DNA of 64,000 bases from a virus, in IMG/VR virus record IMGVR_UViG_3300048011_000525, positions 32,001 through 96,000 of that record. The stretch is one strand, 5' to 3'. The notes beneath the pieces were generated by a model. It ran no database searches and was not told the origin of the DNA. It saw nothing but the letters and a program-made list of their open reading frames with translations. This document shows positions 1 to 9,600 of the stretch, one piece after another. How positions within the stretch are numbered: the stretch's first letter is position 1; each line of letters opens with the position of its first letter. Both the position numbers and the translations under genes were made by a program.

Positions 1-1194
1 ATCATAATGTATAACTAAATCCAGACCTTCTAAATAGGAGTCTGTTTTAGCTCCCGGGCTTCTACTAGTAGTTGTAGTAATTGCAGCACTTGGAAGCCAA
101 TCACTCTTTAGCATAGGCTTAGGAATTTTATTATTATTAATATACACTATTTTCGTACTGTTGTCAACCAAATTATTTAAATTGTTACGTTTAATATACT
201 GATTAAAATCTACACCGTCTGAATTATTATCTAATCTAAACAACACACTACAACTTTCATTTGGTATAATACCATTAAATGCTTTATGAAATTGTACTAG
301 TTCACTATAACAATCTTTTTCTGTCAACACAACTATTAACGGAAATCTATATAATTCTAATACAGATTCTGCAATATTTTCTATTGTATATTCTTTAGGA
401 TTTATTTGAACTTGTGTCTTTTTTCTATTAACAATTTTTTGTGTTAAAGGTGTAAGAGTGCGCATACTTTGGATTAAATCTTCATCGTCAAAATGATTTA
501 AACCAAATTTATCTTTTTGATCATAATACCTACATAGGTTATCAATGTTTGGTTCACCTATGCTACTTACAGCATAATCAAAACTTTTCTCGTGTAAATT
601 TTTTAATTTCAAACTGTATATGCCTGGTAAATAATTTTCTTTATTATCTTTCATGTTTACTAACTTTCCGTAATATTCGTTTAATTGTTCTTCTACTTTA
701 AAATTGTTTGACTCGTTAAATTGAGAGATAATTTCGTATGCCGTTTGTTCTGTAAACGGAAAGTAGTGTATTTTGTTTTCTTTATCGTATATGCCTTCGC
801 CTAGATTACGTTTGATTGTTTCTATATTATTAATGAGCTTCTTTTGAAAAATAAATCGTACTGCTATCCAAGGTCCGTCACTTTGCTGTCTTTCCAAAAT
901 ATTATCTGGACTGTCTACAATCTTAACCCAACGACTTCTGTCAACTTCACGCAAAGGCATGCGTAAGTTTTCGATAGCAACTTCGATATCGTAACCGTTG
1001 TCTTCGTATTGTGTCTTATAATAGATAATTTTTTGTTTAGCCAACTCACACTGCCTATCAGTGTATGCTGTGCCTTTGAATGTTTGTCGTGCAAGACTTG
1101 TAACTAAATTATAGTCACTACGATCAATGTTGAATGTACCTTCGTGCTCTTGTAATCCAACAAGAATTTCTATGCAATCTTCTACTGTTTTCAT
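1..1194 (-). CDS. Hypothetical phage protein, truncated by the window start (MKTVEDCIEILVGLQEHEG...)
   Basis: ATG at 1192-1194 on the minus strand, 6 nt after a sigma70-like -10; the frame appears to run off the window edge and is absent from the ORF track. Confidence 0.7.
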   Translation of the reverse strand, partial: MKTVEDCIEILVGLQEHEGTFNIDRSDYNLVTSLARQTFKGTAYTDRQCELAKQKIIYYKTQYEDNGYDIEVAIENLRMPLREVDRSRWVKIVDSPDNILERQQSDGPWIAVRFIFQKKLINNIETIKRNLGEGIYDKENKIHYFPFTEQTAYEIISQFNESNNFKVEEQLNEYYGKLVNMKDNKENYLPGIYSLKLKNLHEKSFDYAVSSIGEPNIDNLCRYYDQKDKFGLNHFDDEDLIQSMRTLTPLTQKIVNRKKTQVQINPKEYTIENIAESVLELYRFPLIVVLTEKDCYSELVQFHKAFNGIIPNESCSVLFRLDNNSDGVDFNQYIKRNNLNNLVDNSTKIVYINNNKIPKPMLKSDWLPSAAITTTTSRSPGAKTDSYLEGLDLVIHYD

Positions 1195-1200
1195 GTTAAC

Positions 1201-1229
1201 AGTATAACTTAAATTATCTTGTTTGTCAA
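1201..1229 (-). promoter_or_regulatory. Sigma70-type promoter TTGACA-17-TATACT, probably leaderless
   Basis: Minus strand reads TTGACA aacaagataatttaagt TATACT gttaac ATG. Confidence 0.75.
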
Positions 1230-2063
1230 GCGTTTAAGTGGGATACCTTGAGAAATTTCTTCTACAGTGAACTCTGTCCAAGCGTAGTCGTTTAGCCATT
1301 GTTGTCTATCTAACATTGCGGGGTTTTCAATATCGTGCAGGAAGTCTATATCATTAGCCACCGGATACGCTAACGAGGCAGTACCTACAAACGCCGGAAC
1401 GCCATTAATGATACTGTGTATACCCGGATTGCTTGAGTAACTTATAGTGGCCCATACATTGTCAAAGCCCATATCATAATCATCATAGGTGCCTGATAAT
1501 TGTCTAGGTTCTTGTCTATAAACATGTTTTAATCCTCTCTCAATATGTTCTAGCCTACAACGCGGGTGTGGACGAAATAATATAGGACGGGTTGTATGCT
1601 TGCGTATTTCATCGTACGTTTGTAAGATCCAATTGCTTACGCTAGGCATACCTTGCCACTGTAAACTTTTGTCATGTTGCCCTGCTATTAAAATATAATC
1701 GCCGTTGGATCTCCAAGGCTTACAAACCAATCCCAGGCTATCAGCCCTAGTCCGATCATTGTCTTGCTCACCAAAGTAAGCAGTTCGATTGATTCCATTT
1801 AATCCTACCTTCCATGTTGTTCCTCTTTTGATTCCGCCAACTTCGAGTACGATGGTCGATTTGGATTGTGCCATGTTTCGTTCCCAGATGTTTTTATTCT
1901 GAGCCATTCGACCAGAGAAAAGAACACTCCAAATAACATCAACATCACAAACAGGATCATTCCAAACAACATCATGGCCAGCAGCCACAAGGCTGTCAGC
2001 AAAGGCAGTAAAAACTTCTCTACTATTAAGTGCGCCATATTGTGTCCATAAGCTAAATCTCAT
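1209..2063 (-). CDS. GT-B glycosyltransferase-like protein resembling the capsule-synthesis KpsC/KpsS type
   Basis: Motifs ILFRPHP and ISYSSNPGIHSIINGVPAFV; paralogous to 3481-4407 and to the C-terminal half of 4404-6098. Confidence 0.55.
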   Translation of the reverse strand: MRFSLWTQYGALNSREVFTAFADSLVAAGHDVVWNDPVCDVDVIWSVLFSGRMAQNKNIWERNMAQSKSTIVLEVGGIKRGTTWKVGLNGINRTAYFGEQDNDRTRADSLGLVCKPWRSNGDYILIAGQHDKSLQWQGMPSVSNWILQTYDEIRKHTTRPILFRPHPRCRLEHIERGLKHVYRQEPRQLSGTYDDYDMGFDNVWATISYSSNPGIHSIINGVPAFVGTASLAYPVANDIDFLHDIENPAMLDRQQWLNDYAWTEFTVEEISQGIPLKRLTNKII

Positions 2064-2067
2064 ATGT

Positions 2068-2092
2068 TAAATACTTCCATATAGCATATTTA
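2068..2092. promoter_or_regulatory. Pair of opposing TAAATA late-promoter motifs between divergent glycosyltransferase genes
   Basis: TAAATA on + at 2068-2073 and on - at 2087-2092. Confidence 0.55.
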
Positions 2093-2105
2093 CACGAGGA
2101 ACACA

Positions 2106-2945
2106 ATGTCAGCAATAACTGTGGTTACAACTTTTCATCCCGAAGGATATTCAGTATACGGTGAACGATTTTTAGATAGCTTTGCAAAAAGAGTAGACAA
2201 GCGTATTAAATTAATTGTTTATGCAGAAGACGTTAATCCTCATAATCCAGACCCTACAAGAATAGAAATATTAGATCAAAAAACTGCACTTCCTAAATTA
2301 GTTAAATTTAAAGAACAATGGAAAGATGTACCTAAAGCAAACGGCATACCTCCAGAAGATATTAAACGCAAACGTCCAAAAGATTGGCATAAAGAATTTA
2401 AATGGCATGCAATACGTTTTGCAAATAAAACTTATGCTGTATTTGATGCTTGCAAAAGATCAAAAGACTGGTGTGTTTGGATGGATGCAGACAGCTTTAT
2501 TCATAGCAACTGGAGTTTCGAAGAGTTTAGTAATCTACTGCCAGAAAATGCTTTCATTACATATGTGGGCAGAGGAAAAGGATCACAAACTTGGCCAGAG
2601 TGCGGATTTTACGGTATGAATTTAAATCATCCTGTGTGTCACGAATTTCTAAAAGATTTCGAGAAGATGTACGAAGATGCAGACAACGGAATCTTTACAT
2701 TAGAAGAATGGCATGACAGTTATGTGTTTGGCGAGTTGTTAAAGAAATATAGCGAATTTCCTTCACACGATTATAGTGCCGAAATGTATCTTAAGGAAGC
2801 AAAGACAGGCGGTGGCGGACATCCACTTATTAACGGACCATTGGGCAAGTGGATGGATCATATGAAGGGCGGACGCAAAGACAAAGGTAAAAGCAACGCA
2901 AAAGATATCATGGTAAATAGAACCGAAGACTACTGGAAATCATAA
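2106..2945 (+). CDS. GT-A fold glycosyltransferase (nucleotide-diphospho-sugar transferase)
   Basis: DxD motif in WCVWMDADSF, ECGF motif, C-terminal HMKG; GAGGA SD upstream. Confidence 0.7.
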   Translation: MSAITVVTTFHPEGYSVYGERFLDSFAKRVDKRIKLIVYAEDVNPHNPDPTRIEILDQKTALPKLVKFKEQWKDVPKANGIPPEDIKRKRPKDWHKEFKWHAIRFANKTYAVFDACKRSKDWCVWMDADSFIHSNWSFEEFSNLLPENAFITYVGRGKGSQTWPECGFYGMNLNHPVCHEFLKDFEKMYEDADNGIFTLEEWHDSYVFGELLKKYSEFPSHDYSAEMYLKEAKTGGGGHPLINGPLGKWMDHMKGGRKDKGKSNAKDIMVNRTEDYWKS

Positions 2946-3484
2946 TGAAACCATTTTTATTTGATGTAATGCGAGAAATTATAGGCGATACTAACTGCTC
3001 GTTTATAGGCGAAATAGGTACACACAAGGGCGGCACTGCACAACAGTTTATTAATCTATTTGCTCCAAGGGTAACAAAATTAACTTATTATGGATACGAT
3101 GTATTTGATGCAGATAACCCTGACAAAGTTATGCATAAAAAAGAACGCAACGGAAAAGCGCCTGCTAGTTATAATGTAGCATCTGCAACTCTAAATAAAC
3201 TTAAAAGAAATCATCCTAATTTAGATTACAAATTATACAAAGGATTTACTACTACTACACTAATAAAACCTGTTGTGTTTGACTTTGTGTATATTGACGG
3301 TGGACATAGTTACGATACTGTTAAGCATGATTATTCAATGGTTAAAGACAGTAAAATAATTGTATTTGACGATGTTAAAATTGCCGGCGTTAATCGTAAT
3401 ATCAAAGAACTACAAGAGCAAGGCATTGAAGTGGAATTAGTTAAAACTGACTCAAAGCACACTTGGGCTGTAGTTCGTAACTAA
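2945..3484 (+). CDS. Class I SAM-dependent methyltransferase (Methyltransf_24-like)
   Basis: EIGTHKGGT motif I, YGYDVF, FVYIDGGHSYDTV, IVFDD. Confidence 0.8.
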   Translation: MKPFLFDVMREIIGDTNCSFIGEIGTHKGGTAQQFINLFAPRVTKLTYYGYDVFDADNPDKVMHKKERNGKAPASYNVASATLNKLKRNHPNLDYKLYKGFTTTTLIKPVVFDFVYIDGGHSYDTVKHDYSMVKDSKIIVFDDVKIAGVNRNIKELQEQGIEVELVKTDSKHTWAVVRN

Positions 3485-4407
3485 ATGTACTGACGCATAT
3501 GCTTCCAGCAGGAGCCGTCTTCTAATTCACTAAACTTCCAATGAAACATACTAATGCGTTCTAACCACTTTTGTCTATCAAACTCTTTTGGATTTTCAAT
3601 ATTTTCAAATCCGTGATGTGAAACTTCTGCACATTGACTAGTCGCAGGATCCGTTATAAAAGCATGGTATCCTTGTATAATAGGTCCTACAATAGCACTA
3701 CTGTTATGGTTAACTACGGCCCAACAGTTAACTAAATCTTTTTCTATGTTGTCTCTATTACTACTAAGAGCAACTTTATTAATTTTTCTTAATGTTTGTG
3801 CAATCTTATTTGCTTGTCTATTAGATTCATTATCTTTAGGATGCAACCTAACAATAATTGGGCGATCACTGTGATTGCGTATTTTTGTACAAGTAACTAA
3901 TAACCAATCAATTAACTTATGTTTACCTAAACTCCAGCCGCCTTCTCGTTGAGCACAAATTAAAATATGATTTCCGTTTGACTTTGTATTTTCTAGAGTA
4001 ATATTGGTATCTGTACTAATTTGTTGCCATCGCTTAGTATCTATGTCTGTATCACAATAGATACCAGTATTTGGAAATACGCCGTCAAAACTATATCTTA
4101 AATAATGATGCGGTGCATTTGTCTTATTAGCATATAAGAATAAATTAGCATCACCACTAACAACATGCTTATTATTAGTACAGTCAATAACACTTTGACG
4201 CAATCGTAAGTGAGGTGCATTTTTGCCACGTTCATGTTGCCAGCCTTGTATTACGCCCACGTCGGCATCTATTAAGGTGTTGCCTGTATGTAATACTCCT
4301 GTATCTCCTACTGCATTAACGCCTTGTACAAATTTAGTTAATATGTTAAACTTTTCTTGGCTTTTGTTTTTGCTAGGCACTACATTATAGTAACTAACTA
4401 CTTTCAC
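3481..4407 (-). CDS. KpsC/KpsS-like GT-B glycosyltransferase
   Basis: IIVRLHPKD and VVNHNSSAIVGPIIQGYHAF; paralogue of 1209-2063. Confidence 0.55.
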   Translation of the reverse strand: MKVVSYYNVVPSKNKSQEKFNILTKFVQGVNAVGDTGVLHTGNTLIDADVGVIQGWQHERGKNAPHLRLRQSVIDCTNNKHVVSGDANLFLYANKTNAPHHYLRYSFDGVFPNTGIYCDTDIDTKRWQQISTDTNITLENTKSNGNHILICAQREGGWSLGKHKLIDWLLVTCTKIRNHSDRPIIVRLHPKDNESNRQANKIAQTLRKINKVALSSNRDNIEKDLVNCWAVVNHNSSAIVGPIIQGYHAFITDPATSQCAEVSHHGFENIENPKEFDRQKWLERISMFHWKFSELEDGSCWKHMRQYI

Positions 4408-6098
4408 TTAACTATTTCCCAAGCATAGCCGCTCATCATTTCTTCACGGTTAAATTGGCAATAACTTAGATGACACATTAAAGAATGCATTTCGTCTTTA
4501 TCTGGCATATTAAGATTTTCAACATCGGTTAAACTTGTATTACATACTGCTGTAGCACAGTTGGGACCTAGTGCAATAGCAGGTTTACCAAAATTTAATG
4601 CTTCGAGTGCTGCAATACTGTTATATGTAATAACACAGTATACATCATCTGCCATTGCTGCTTCTAATGATTGATTAGTGATTCTATCTCTACGATCTGG
4701 TTTTAGTCTAATTTCAATAGGACGATCAGTATACTTACGCAACTCGTTACTTACATTATTAACCCACTCTTCTGGCATTGGTTGATCCCATAACATCATA
4801 ACTTTTTCGCTAGGCGGAACTAATAGAATTTTTTTACCTTCACCTTTAAATTTTTTATATTTCCAATTTAATAATCTATCATCAGGTCTACTAACAATTG
4901 ATTGCGTATTTTGTAATTCGTTCTTTGTAACACGATGCCATATCTTTGCTTTACTACCTTCGTTGCCAAAATATCCTGTATCAATAGCATAAAACTCTCT
5001 ACCAGTTTCCCAACAGTGTTTAATAGCTTTGCGACTTCCGCCGCCAAGACCTCTGATAATTAAAGGTGTATCGGTAGTTTCTTCTGTCTTCCAGTCACTT
5101 AGTCGACCATTACTGCCAATTACAAAAGATTGCAAGTACTCATCGTATTGCAATCCATCCTTATAATTACTAATACCTTCTTCAGGCGCAATTGCAGCAT
5201 TTTTGTGAACAGTGCCTTTCATAAATTTATTTTGTATAACTTTCATGGCTTCTTCCTGTGTATTGCTGTAGTACTTACCGTGTATGTCCAGCGGTCCGGT
5301 TATTAATGTATGTATTGCTGTTTTTAAATCTTCAGGCAATGTTAATGCATTAAAGTGCGAACCTTTTGATTTTGCGTTAATTACTTTTTGTTCAGCGCCT
5401 TTAATACTTTCTAATAGATACTTACGTTCAGCTCTATAATATTCTAAGTTGTACTCACAGTCTTTATATTCTTCAAACCAAGGGCCGCCTTCTGTGTAAT
5501 GTAAAAACTTAGGCTTGCCGTCTTTAGGCTCTTTGTACCAACCTACTAACCAGTTCCATTCGTGACTGATCTTGCCTATTTCGCTATCATTAAGCCAGCT
5601 AAATCTATGTAAATACTTGCCATCAATGTCTGGGTCGTTTACTAAGTCTTTTGTTAGTTTTTCATTTGAAGGGTGACCACAGTTGAATAACATCATGCTT
5701 GACCAATTTTTACGTGGATAGTTAAGTTGTTGTTTGCCATCCATCTTTGTGCCTTCTTTTGGCGTATAATCATGCTGTGCGCACATTACTGCATATTTGT
5801 CGTCTGCTTGATCAAATAGTTTTTTAACATCATCGAGTGCAATAAAGTCACAGTCGATAAACAATGCCCAGCCATTAAATTCAGCAAGTTCTGGTACAAG
5901 AAATCTAGTAAATGTAAATTCAGTGCTTGCTAGTTTATCTGATTTGCGCCAGTATAAACCTTCTCGTTTTAAATTACGCTGCTTTAGCGGAACAATTTCA
6001 ACATTAACACTTGCAGTATCTATTAGGCTTTGTTTACAGGCCTGAAAAGCTATGTCTTCTCTACTATCCCAACCTACATAAATTCTTAATGGTTCCAT
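4404..6098 (-). CDS. Bifunctional glycosyltransferase: N-terminal GT-A (GT8/CDI-like) fused to a C-terminal KpsS-like GT-B domain
   Basis: N-terminal IYVGWDSRE, STEFTFTRF, FIDCDF, KNWSS, HYTEGGPW; C-terminal VITYNSIAALEALNFGKP. Confidence 0.7.
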   Translation of the reverse strand: MEPLRIYVGWDSREDIAFQACKQSLIDTASVNVEIVPLKQRNLKREGLYWRKSDKLASTEFTFTRFLVPELAEFNGWALFIDCDFIALDDVKKLFDQADDKYAVMCAQHDYTPKEGTKMDGKQQLNYPRKNWSSMMLFNCGHPSNEKLTKDLVNDPDIDGKYLHRFSWLNDSEIGKISHEWNWLVGWYKEPKDGKPKFLHYTEGGPWFEEYKDCEYNLEYYRAERKYLLESIKGAEQKVINAKSKGSHFNALTLPEDLKTAIHTLITGPLDIHGKYYSNTQEEAMKVIQNKFMKGTVHKNAAIAPEEGISNYKDGLQYDEYLQSFVIGSNGRLSDWKTEETTDTPLIIRGLGGGSRKAIKHCWETGREFYAIDTGYFGNEGSKAKIWHRVTKNELQNTQSIVSRPDDRLLNWKYKKFKGEGKKILLVPPSEKVMMLWDQPMPEEWVNNVSNELRKYTDRPIEIRLKPDRRDRITNQSLEAAMADDVYCVITYNSIAALEALNFGKPAIALGPNCATAVCNTSLTDVENLNMPDKDEMHSLMCHLSYCQFNREEMMSGYAWEIVK

Positions 6099-6869
6099 TT
6101 AATCCCTTCTTTCAATGTCTTCTTCATAACACTTTCCCCGTTGTATTTCAAGGATGTGTGCATTTTCTTTACCTGGATTGCTTGCTTTGTGCCAAACTTC
6201 TTTAGCAATGTTATAAGGTCTACTTTCAGGTTCTAATAGTATTGAACTTTGTACACTGTTCCATTCAGTGTCCATTTTTACTTTACCTTCTAGTACGGCC
6301 CATTGTTCTGAACGTTTAAAATGTTTTTGATCACTTAAACTTTTGCCAGGATAAATTACAAGTTCTTTTACTTTGTAACCTTTCTCAGGCTTGTCATCTA
6401 GCACACGCCAATAGCCCCAGTCACGTTCTGTCTTTTGCGTTTTCCACTCATCAAGTATCCAACTGCTACTGTTGGCTTTGTTACTGCCGCCTACGCCAAA
6501 TGCAAACTCGCACCAACGATAGCCACCGTATACTTCATATTCAGGAGTTGTTGTATTGGTTCGATCTCCGCCGTTTGCAAAGATCATAATGTCGTCACCT
6601 GAAATCATTGTTGCTACTTGGCCAATTGCTTTGTTTGCTGTGTTGTCTAGATCGTCAAATCCAATAACCTGATCAACTACTTCTAGTTCTTTTATAATAG
6701 CACAACGTTCTTCAAAAGACATAAATGGTCTGCCTTTTTTGCGTGTTAACCAGTCGTCGCTATTCACGCCAACAATAAGTTTGTTGCCGAGTTTTTTTGC
6801 TGCTTTAAAATAGGCAATATGCCCTGAATGGAGAGGATCAAACCCTCCGGTAACTAACACTACTTTCAT
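6099..6869 (-). CDS. HIGH-family cytidylyl/nucleotidyltransferase fused to a type II mannose-6-phosphate-isomerase-like cupin
   Basis: GGFDPLHSGH, GVNSD, FANGGDR, NSSSW; then RDWGYW, LSDQKHFKRSEQW, EIQRGKCYEEDIER. Confidence 0.8.
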   Translation of the reverse strand: MKVVLVTGGFDPLHSGHIAYFKAAKKLGNKLIVGVNSDDWLTRKKGRPFMSFEERCAIIKELEVVDQVIGFDDLDNTANKAIGQVATMISGDDIMIFANGGDRTNTTTPEYEVYGGYRWCEFAFGVGGSNKANSSSWILDEWKTQKTERDWGYWRVLDDKPEKGYKVKELVIYPGKSLSDQKHFKRSEQWAVLEGKVKMDTEWNSVQSSILLEPESRPYNIAKEVWHKASNPGKENAHILEIQRGKCYEEDIERRD

Positions 6870-6874
6870 GTAGA

Positions 6875-6881
6875 TATTTAT
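6875..6881 (-). promoter_or_regulatory. Late promoter ATAAATA, 5 nt before ATG
   Basis: Minus strand ATAAATA tctac ATG. Confidence 0.6.
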
Positions 6882-6889
6882 GTGCGCAG

Positions 6890-7528
6890 TTATTGACTTT
6901 TTATGTTATTGAGTTCTTCTATTGTTAATGCCCAAGTAGACATTGCAAGATCATAATTGTAATTAACGATATCTTGATACTCGTCGTTGCTTAGATTTTG
7001 AAAATTATGATTTTCTAAATATTTAAAAGTTTTTAAGAAATTTTTACCTAAGGGTGTTTCTTTAAATAGTATTGGAACTGTTTTGGAAAAAACGGTTTCT
7101 ATAAATCTATACGTCCAAGCATTATCATGATTATACCATTCGCCATTATGATTAGGAACAAGACTATATTTTGTTTGTGATATTATAGTATAGTATTCTT
7201 TATCAAAATCGTACTTTATTGCCTTATCTCTTCCTTTTTTTGAATTAACAATAAAGCTATTTTTGCCTTTGTACTTTTGAAGTAATTCTTGTCTACCTTT
7301 ATCTTCAAAGTGTCCTACAAAGCAAAAATCATATTTTTTATCCTTTGCTATTTTATCAATTTGATTAATATAACTTAAAGGATATTTAAGTTCAAATTTA
7401 AGTGTGTCGTTAAGAGTTATAAATCCATTTTGATGATCTACTATAATATCAAATTTAGAAGAGTCTATATTATTTTCTATTAAACACTTTTCAAATAGTT
7501 TATATTGTAATTTGTCTTTATCTTTCAT
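6890..7528 (-). CDS. Hypothetical protein, possible GT-B/exostosin-like glycosyltransferase
   Basis: YDFCFVG, KYSLVP and RFIETVFSKTVPI resemble GT47-type C-terminal motifs; very AT-rich. Confidence 0.45.
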   Translation of the reverse strand: MKDKDKLQYKLFEKCLIENNIDSSKFDIIVDHQNGFITLNDTLKFELKYPLSYINQIDKIAKDKKYDFCFVGHFEDKGRQELLQKYKGKNSFIVNSKKGRDKAIKYDFDKEYYTIISQTKYSLVPNHNGEWYNHDNAWTYRFIETVFSKTVPILFKETPLGKNFLKTFKYLENHNFQNLSNDEYQDIVNYNYDLAMSTWALTIEELNNIKSQ

Positions 7529-8229
7529 GCTAACTCTAAAAATTGTTCTTCTATATCTTTTGTTAAATCTTTGTTTCGATCATAATATTTTATGTTATCT
7601 AAACTCTTATTTGGATCAGTTAAACTGCATCCTACTGACATAAAGTAATCATAAAATTTTGTATCATCGCCTTTTACTTTTTTACTTAGTTTAATCCAAG
7701 CGGCCGGAATACCATACGCATGTGCTGCAATAATTCCGTGTAAACTACTACTAATTATTTTTTCACATTTAGTAATTTCTTGTGCTACTACTAATGGATC
7801 TTGATTAATAACGTCTATAATATTATATTTTGGAAAGTTCTCTTTTGCAAATTTATAATCTACAAAATGTGGAACAATACCTATCTTATATTCTTTTTTA
7901 CTTTCTTTACAAAACTTTGGCAACAATAAAGCAGGATCTCCATAAATATCGGGACAGACACCTCCGTCTCGAATTACATACTTTCTTGTTAACGGACCTC
8001 TTACAAATTTATATGTAGAATTAGGATTTAACTTATATTTTTTACTTGCAGTTCCTGATCCTAAAATTAATGCATTATCGTTTGCTAATCTTGCTATGCT
8101 TCCTATGCATAAAGTATTAGCACTATCCTTTTCTGTAAATTTGTAATTTAAATTATAGTAATCAAAAATATAAGGACTTAATAAGTCTCCAAAGTTATTA
8201 TCTTGTTTCATCCACCAAAGATTATACAT
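7525..8229 (-). CDS. Polysaccharide pyruvyltransferase (ExoV-like)
   Basis: NFGDLLS, VRGPLT, GDPALL, IVPH, SSSLHGIIAAHAYGIP, KFYDY. Confidence 0.85.
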   Translation of the reverse strand: MYNLWWMKQDNNFGDLLSPYIFDYYNLNYKFTEKDSANTLCIGSIARLANDNALILGSGTASKKYKLNPNSTYKFVRGPLTRKYVIRDGGVCPDIYGDPALLLPKFCKESKKEYKIGIVPHFVDYKFAKENFPKYNIIDVINQDPLVVAQEITKCEKIISSSLHGIIAAHAYGIPAAWIKLSKKVKGDDTKFYDYFMSVGCSLTDPNKSLDNIKYYDRNKDLTKDIEEQFLELA

Positions 8230-8909
8230 TAAAGATTCCTTGTTAAACTTTCAGTTTCAATATTACTACCAATTGCATAAAAAGGATGTAATCTTACTAC
8301 AGTAGGTACAGTAGTTTTAAGATTCAAAAGAGTATTGTTTATTTGCTGATCAGCAGGTCTATGTCCGTATGTTCTTGCACTATATACTAGTTTCCGGGCG
8401 CCCCTGGGTTTTAGTATATATGAATACGCACCTTTAAAGTAATTACTTATACCGTGTTTGCTTAAATTTTTACTAGAAGGATTTATATAATCTTGTATAG
8501 TTATAGAACTATGCTTTTCTTGATCTAATAATTTATCGTACTTACTACTATAAGGATCTAATCTGTCTAATTTAAGTACATCAGTAAATCCGTCTAATAT
8601 GTCGTTAGGCAATCTTCTAATAAAATAACCGTCATGTTCTAGTATAATAATGGGCTCATTTAGATCTATACATTTTTCCCAGAGATAGAAATGACTGAAA
8701 AAACAACCCGAAACACCGGGTCTATTTTTCTTAAATTTACCAGCTTTTACAATTCCAGTACGTTCGTAATGGTATTCTGAATTATGACCGTTTATAGCTT
8801 TAAAAAAATCAGGCTGCAAGTTAAATTTAACAGCCTGTTCGTAACACTCTTGTGCCATTCGACACGAATGATCATTTTCTTCTAGTCGAATAATAAAACT
8901 TTTTATCAA
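8229..8909 (-). CDS. Glycosyltransferase family 25
   Basis: GCFFSHFYLW, IILEHD, GAYSYILKPRGARKL, PAD. Confidence 0.8.
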   Translation of the reverse strand: MIKSFIIRLEENDHSCRMAQECYEQAVKFNLQPDFFKAINGHNSEYHYERTGIVKAGKFKKNRPGVSGCFFSHFYLWEKCIDLNEPIIILEHDGYFIRRLPNDILDGFTDVLKLDRLDPYSSKYDKLLDQEKHSSITIQDYINPSSKNLSKHGISNYFKGAYSYILKPRGARKLVYSARTYGHRPADQQINNTLLNLKTTVPTVVRLHPFYAIGSNIETESLTRNL

Positions 8910-9361
8910 AGACTTGCATCCTCCATGCCAGCAACACGTAACTTAACTACATTAGTAATTTGCCATTGCTTTTGATCAAGTGCTTTAAGCACACCTAACC
9001 ACTTGTTGCGCATAAGAGCAAACTCGTTAATAATCTTTTCGTAGTCAACAACGTCTGCCTCACCGTCTACGTATTTTTCAACGTCACGGCTTGACAGAGC
9101 TCGTTGATAATTTTCAAGATATTTCTTAAAGTATGAACTACGCAATCTGCGTAGCTCAATATTTAAGTAGTTTAGGATTGCTTCAATTTCTTGAAGTTGG
9201 TTAAAGCGATGTTCTACAATGCCCGGCATACTTGCTGCCGCTTTTTCTACATTGCCTGCAAGTTTGCATTCAACTCTTGCGTCTACTAATTCCTGTTCAA
9301 AGTATGCTACAGCATTAGGAATTTTGCCTACGTCACGAGATATCTCGCTATACCAACCCAT
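8906..9361 (-). CDS. uvsY: UvsY-like recombination mediator
   Basis: Helical 151-aa protein two genes downstream of uvsX; DVEKYVDGE and KQWQITNVVKLRVAG resemble the UvsY C-terminus. Confidence 0.7.
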   Translation of the reverse strand: MGWYSEISRDVGKIPNAVAYFEQELVDARVECKLAGNVEKAAASMPGIVEHRFNQLQEIEAILNYLNIELRRLRSSYFKKYLENYQRALSSRDVEKYVDGEADVVDYEKIINEFALMRNKWLGVLKALDQKQWQITNVVKLRVAGMEDASL

Positions 9362-9364
9362 AAA

Positions 9365-9595
9365 TTAATCCCATTCTTCTTCTTCGTCAAGAACATCATC
9401 GTCATCTAAGTCTAAATAATAGTTAATGGCATGATCAAGTGCATAATCATTTCCTAAACAATTAGTAAGTGTATCATCAGCTGTACCCATGTCTGCCATT
9501 AAATCTACAAATCGTTCAGCAGCCATCTCGACATGTTTTTTATCAAGATACTCCTTAAACATATTCCAAACATCTATGATCTGTTCTTCTTCCAT
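9365..9595 (-). CDS. Small acidic hypothetical protein
   Basis: 76-aa ORF packed between uvsX and uvsY, with a GAGGAG SD. Confidence 0.65.
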   Translation of the reverse strand: MEEEQIIDVWNMFKEYLDKKHVEMAAERFVDLMADMGTADDTLTNCLGNDYALDHAINYYLDLDDDDVLDEEEEWD

Positions 9596-9600
9596 ACAGT

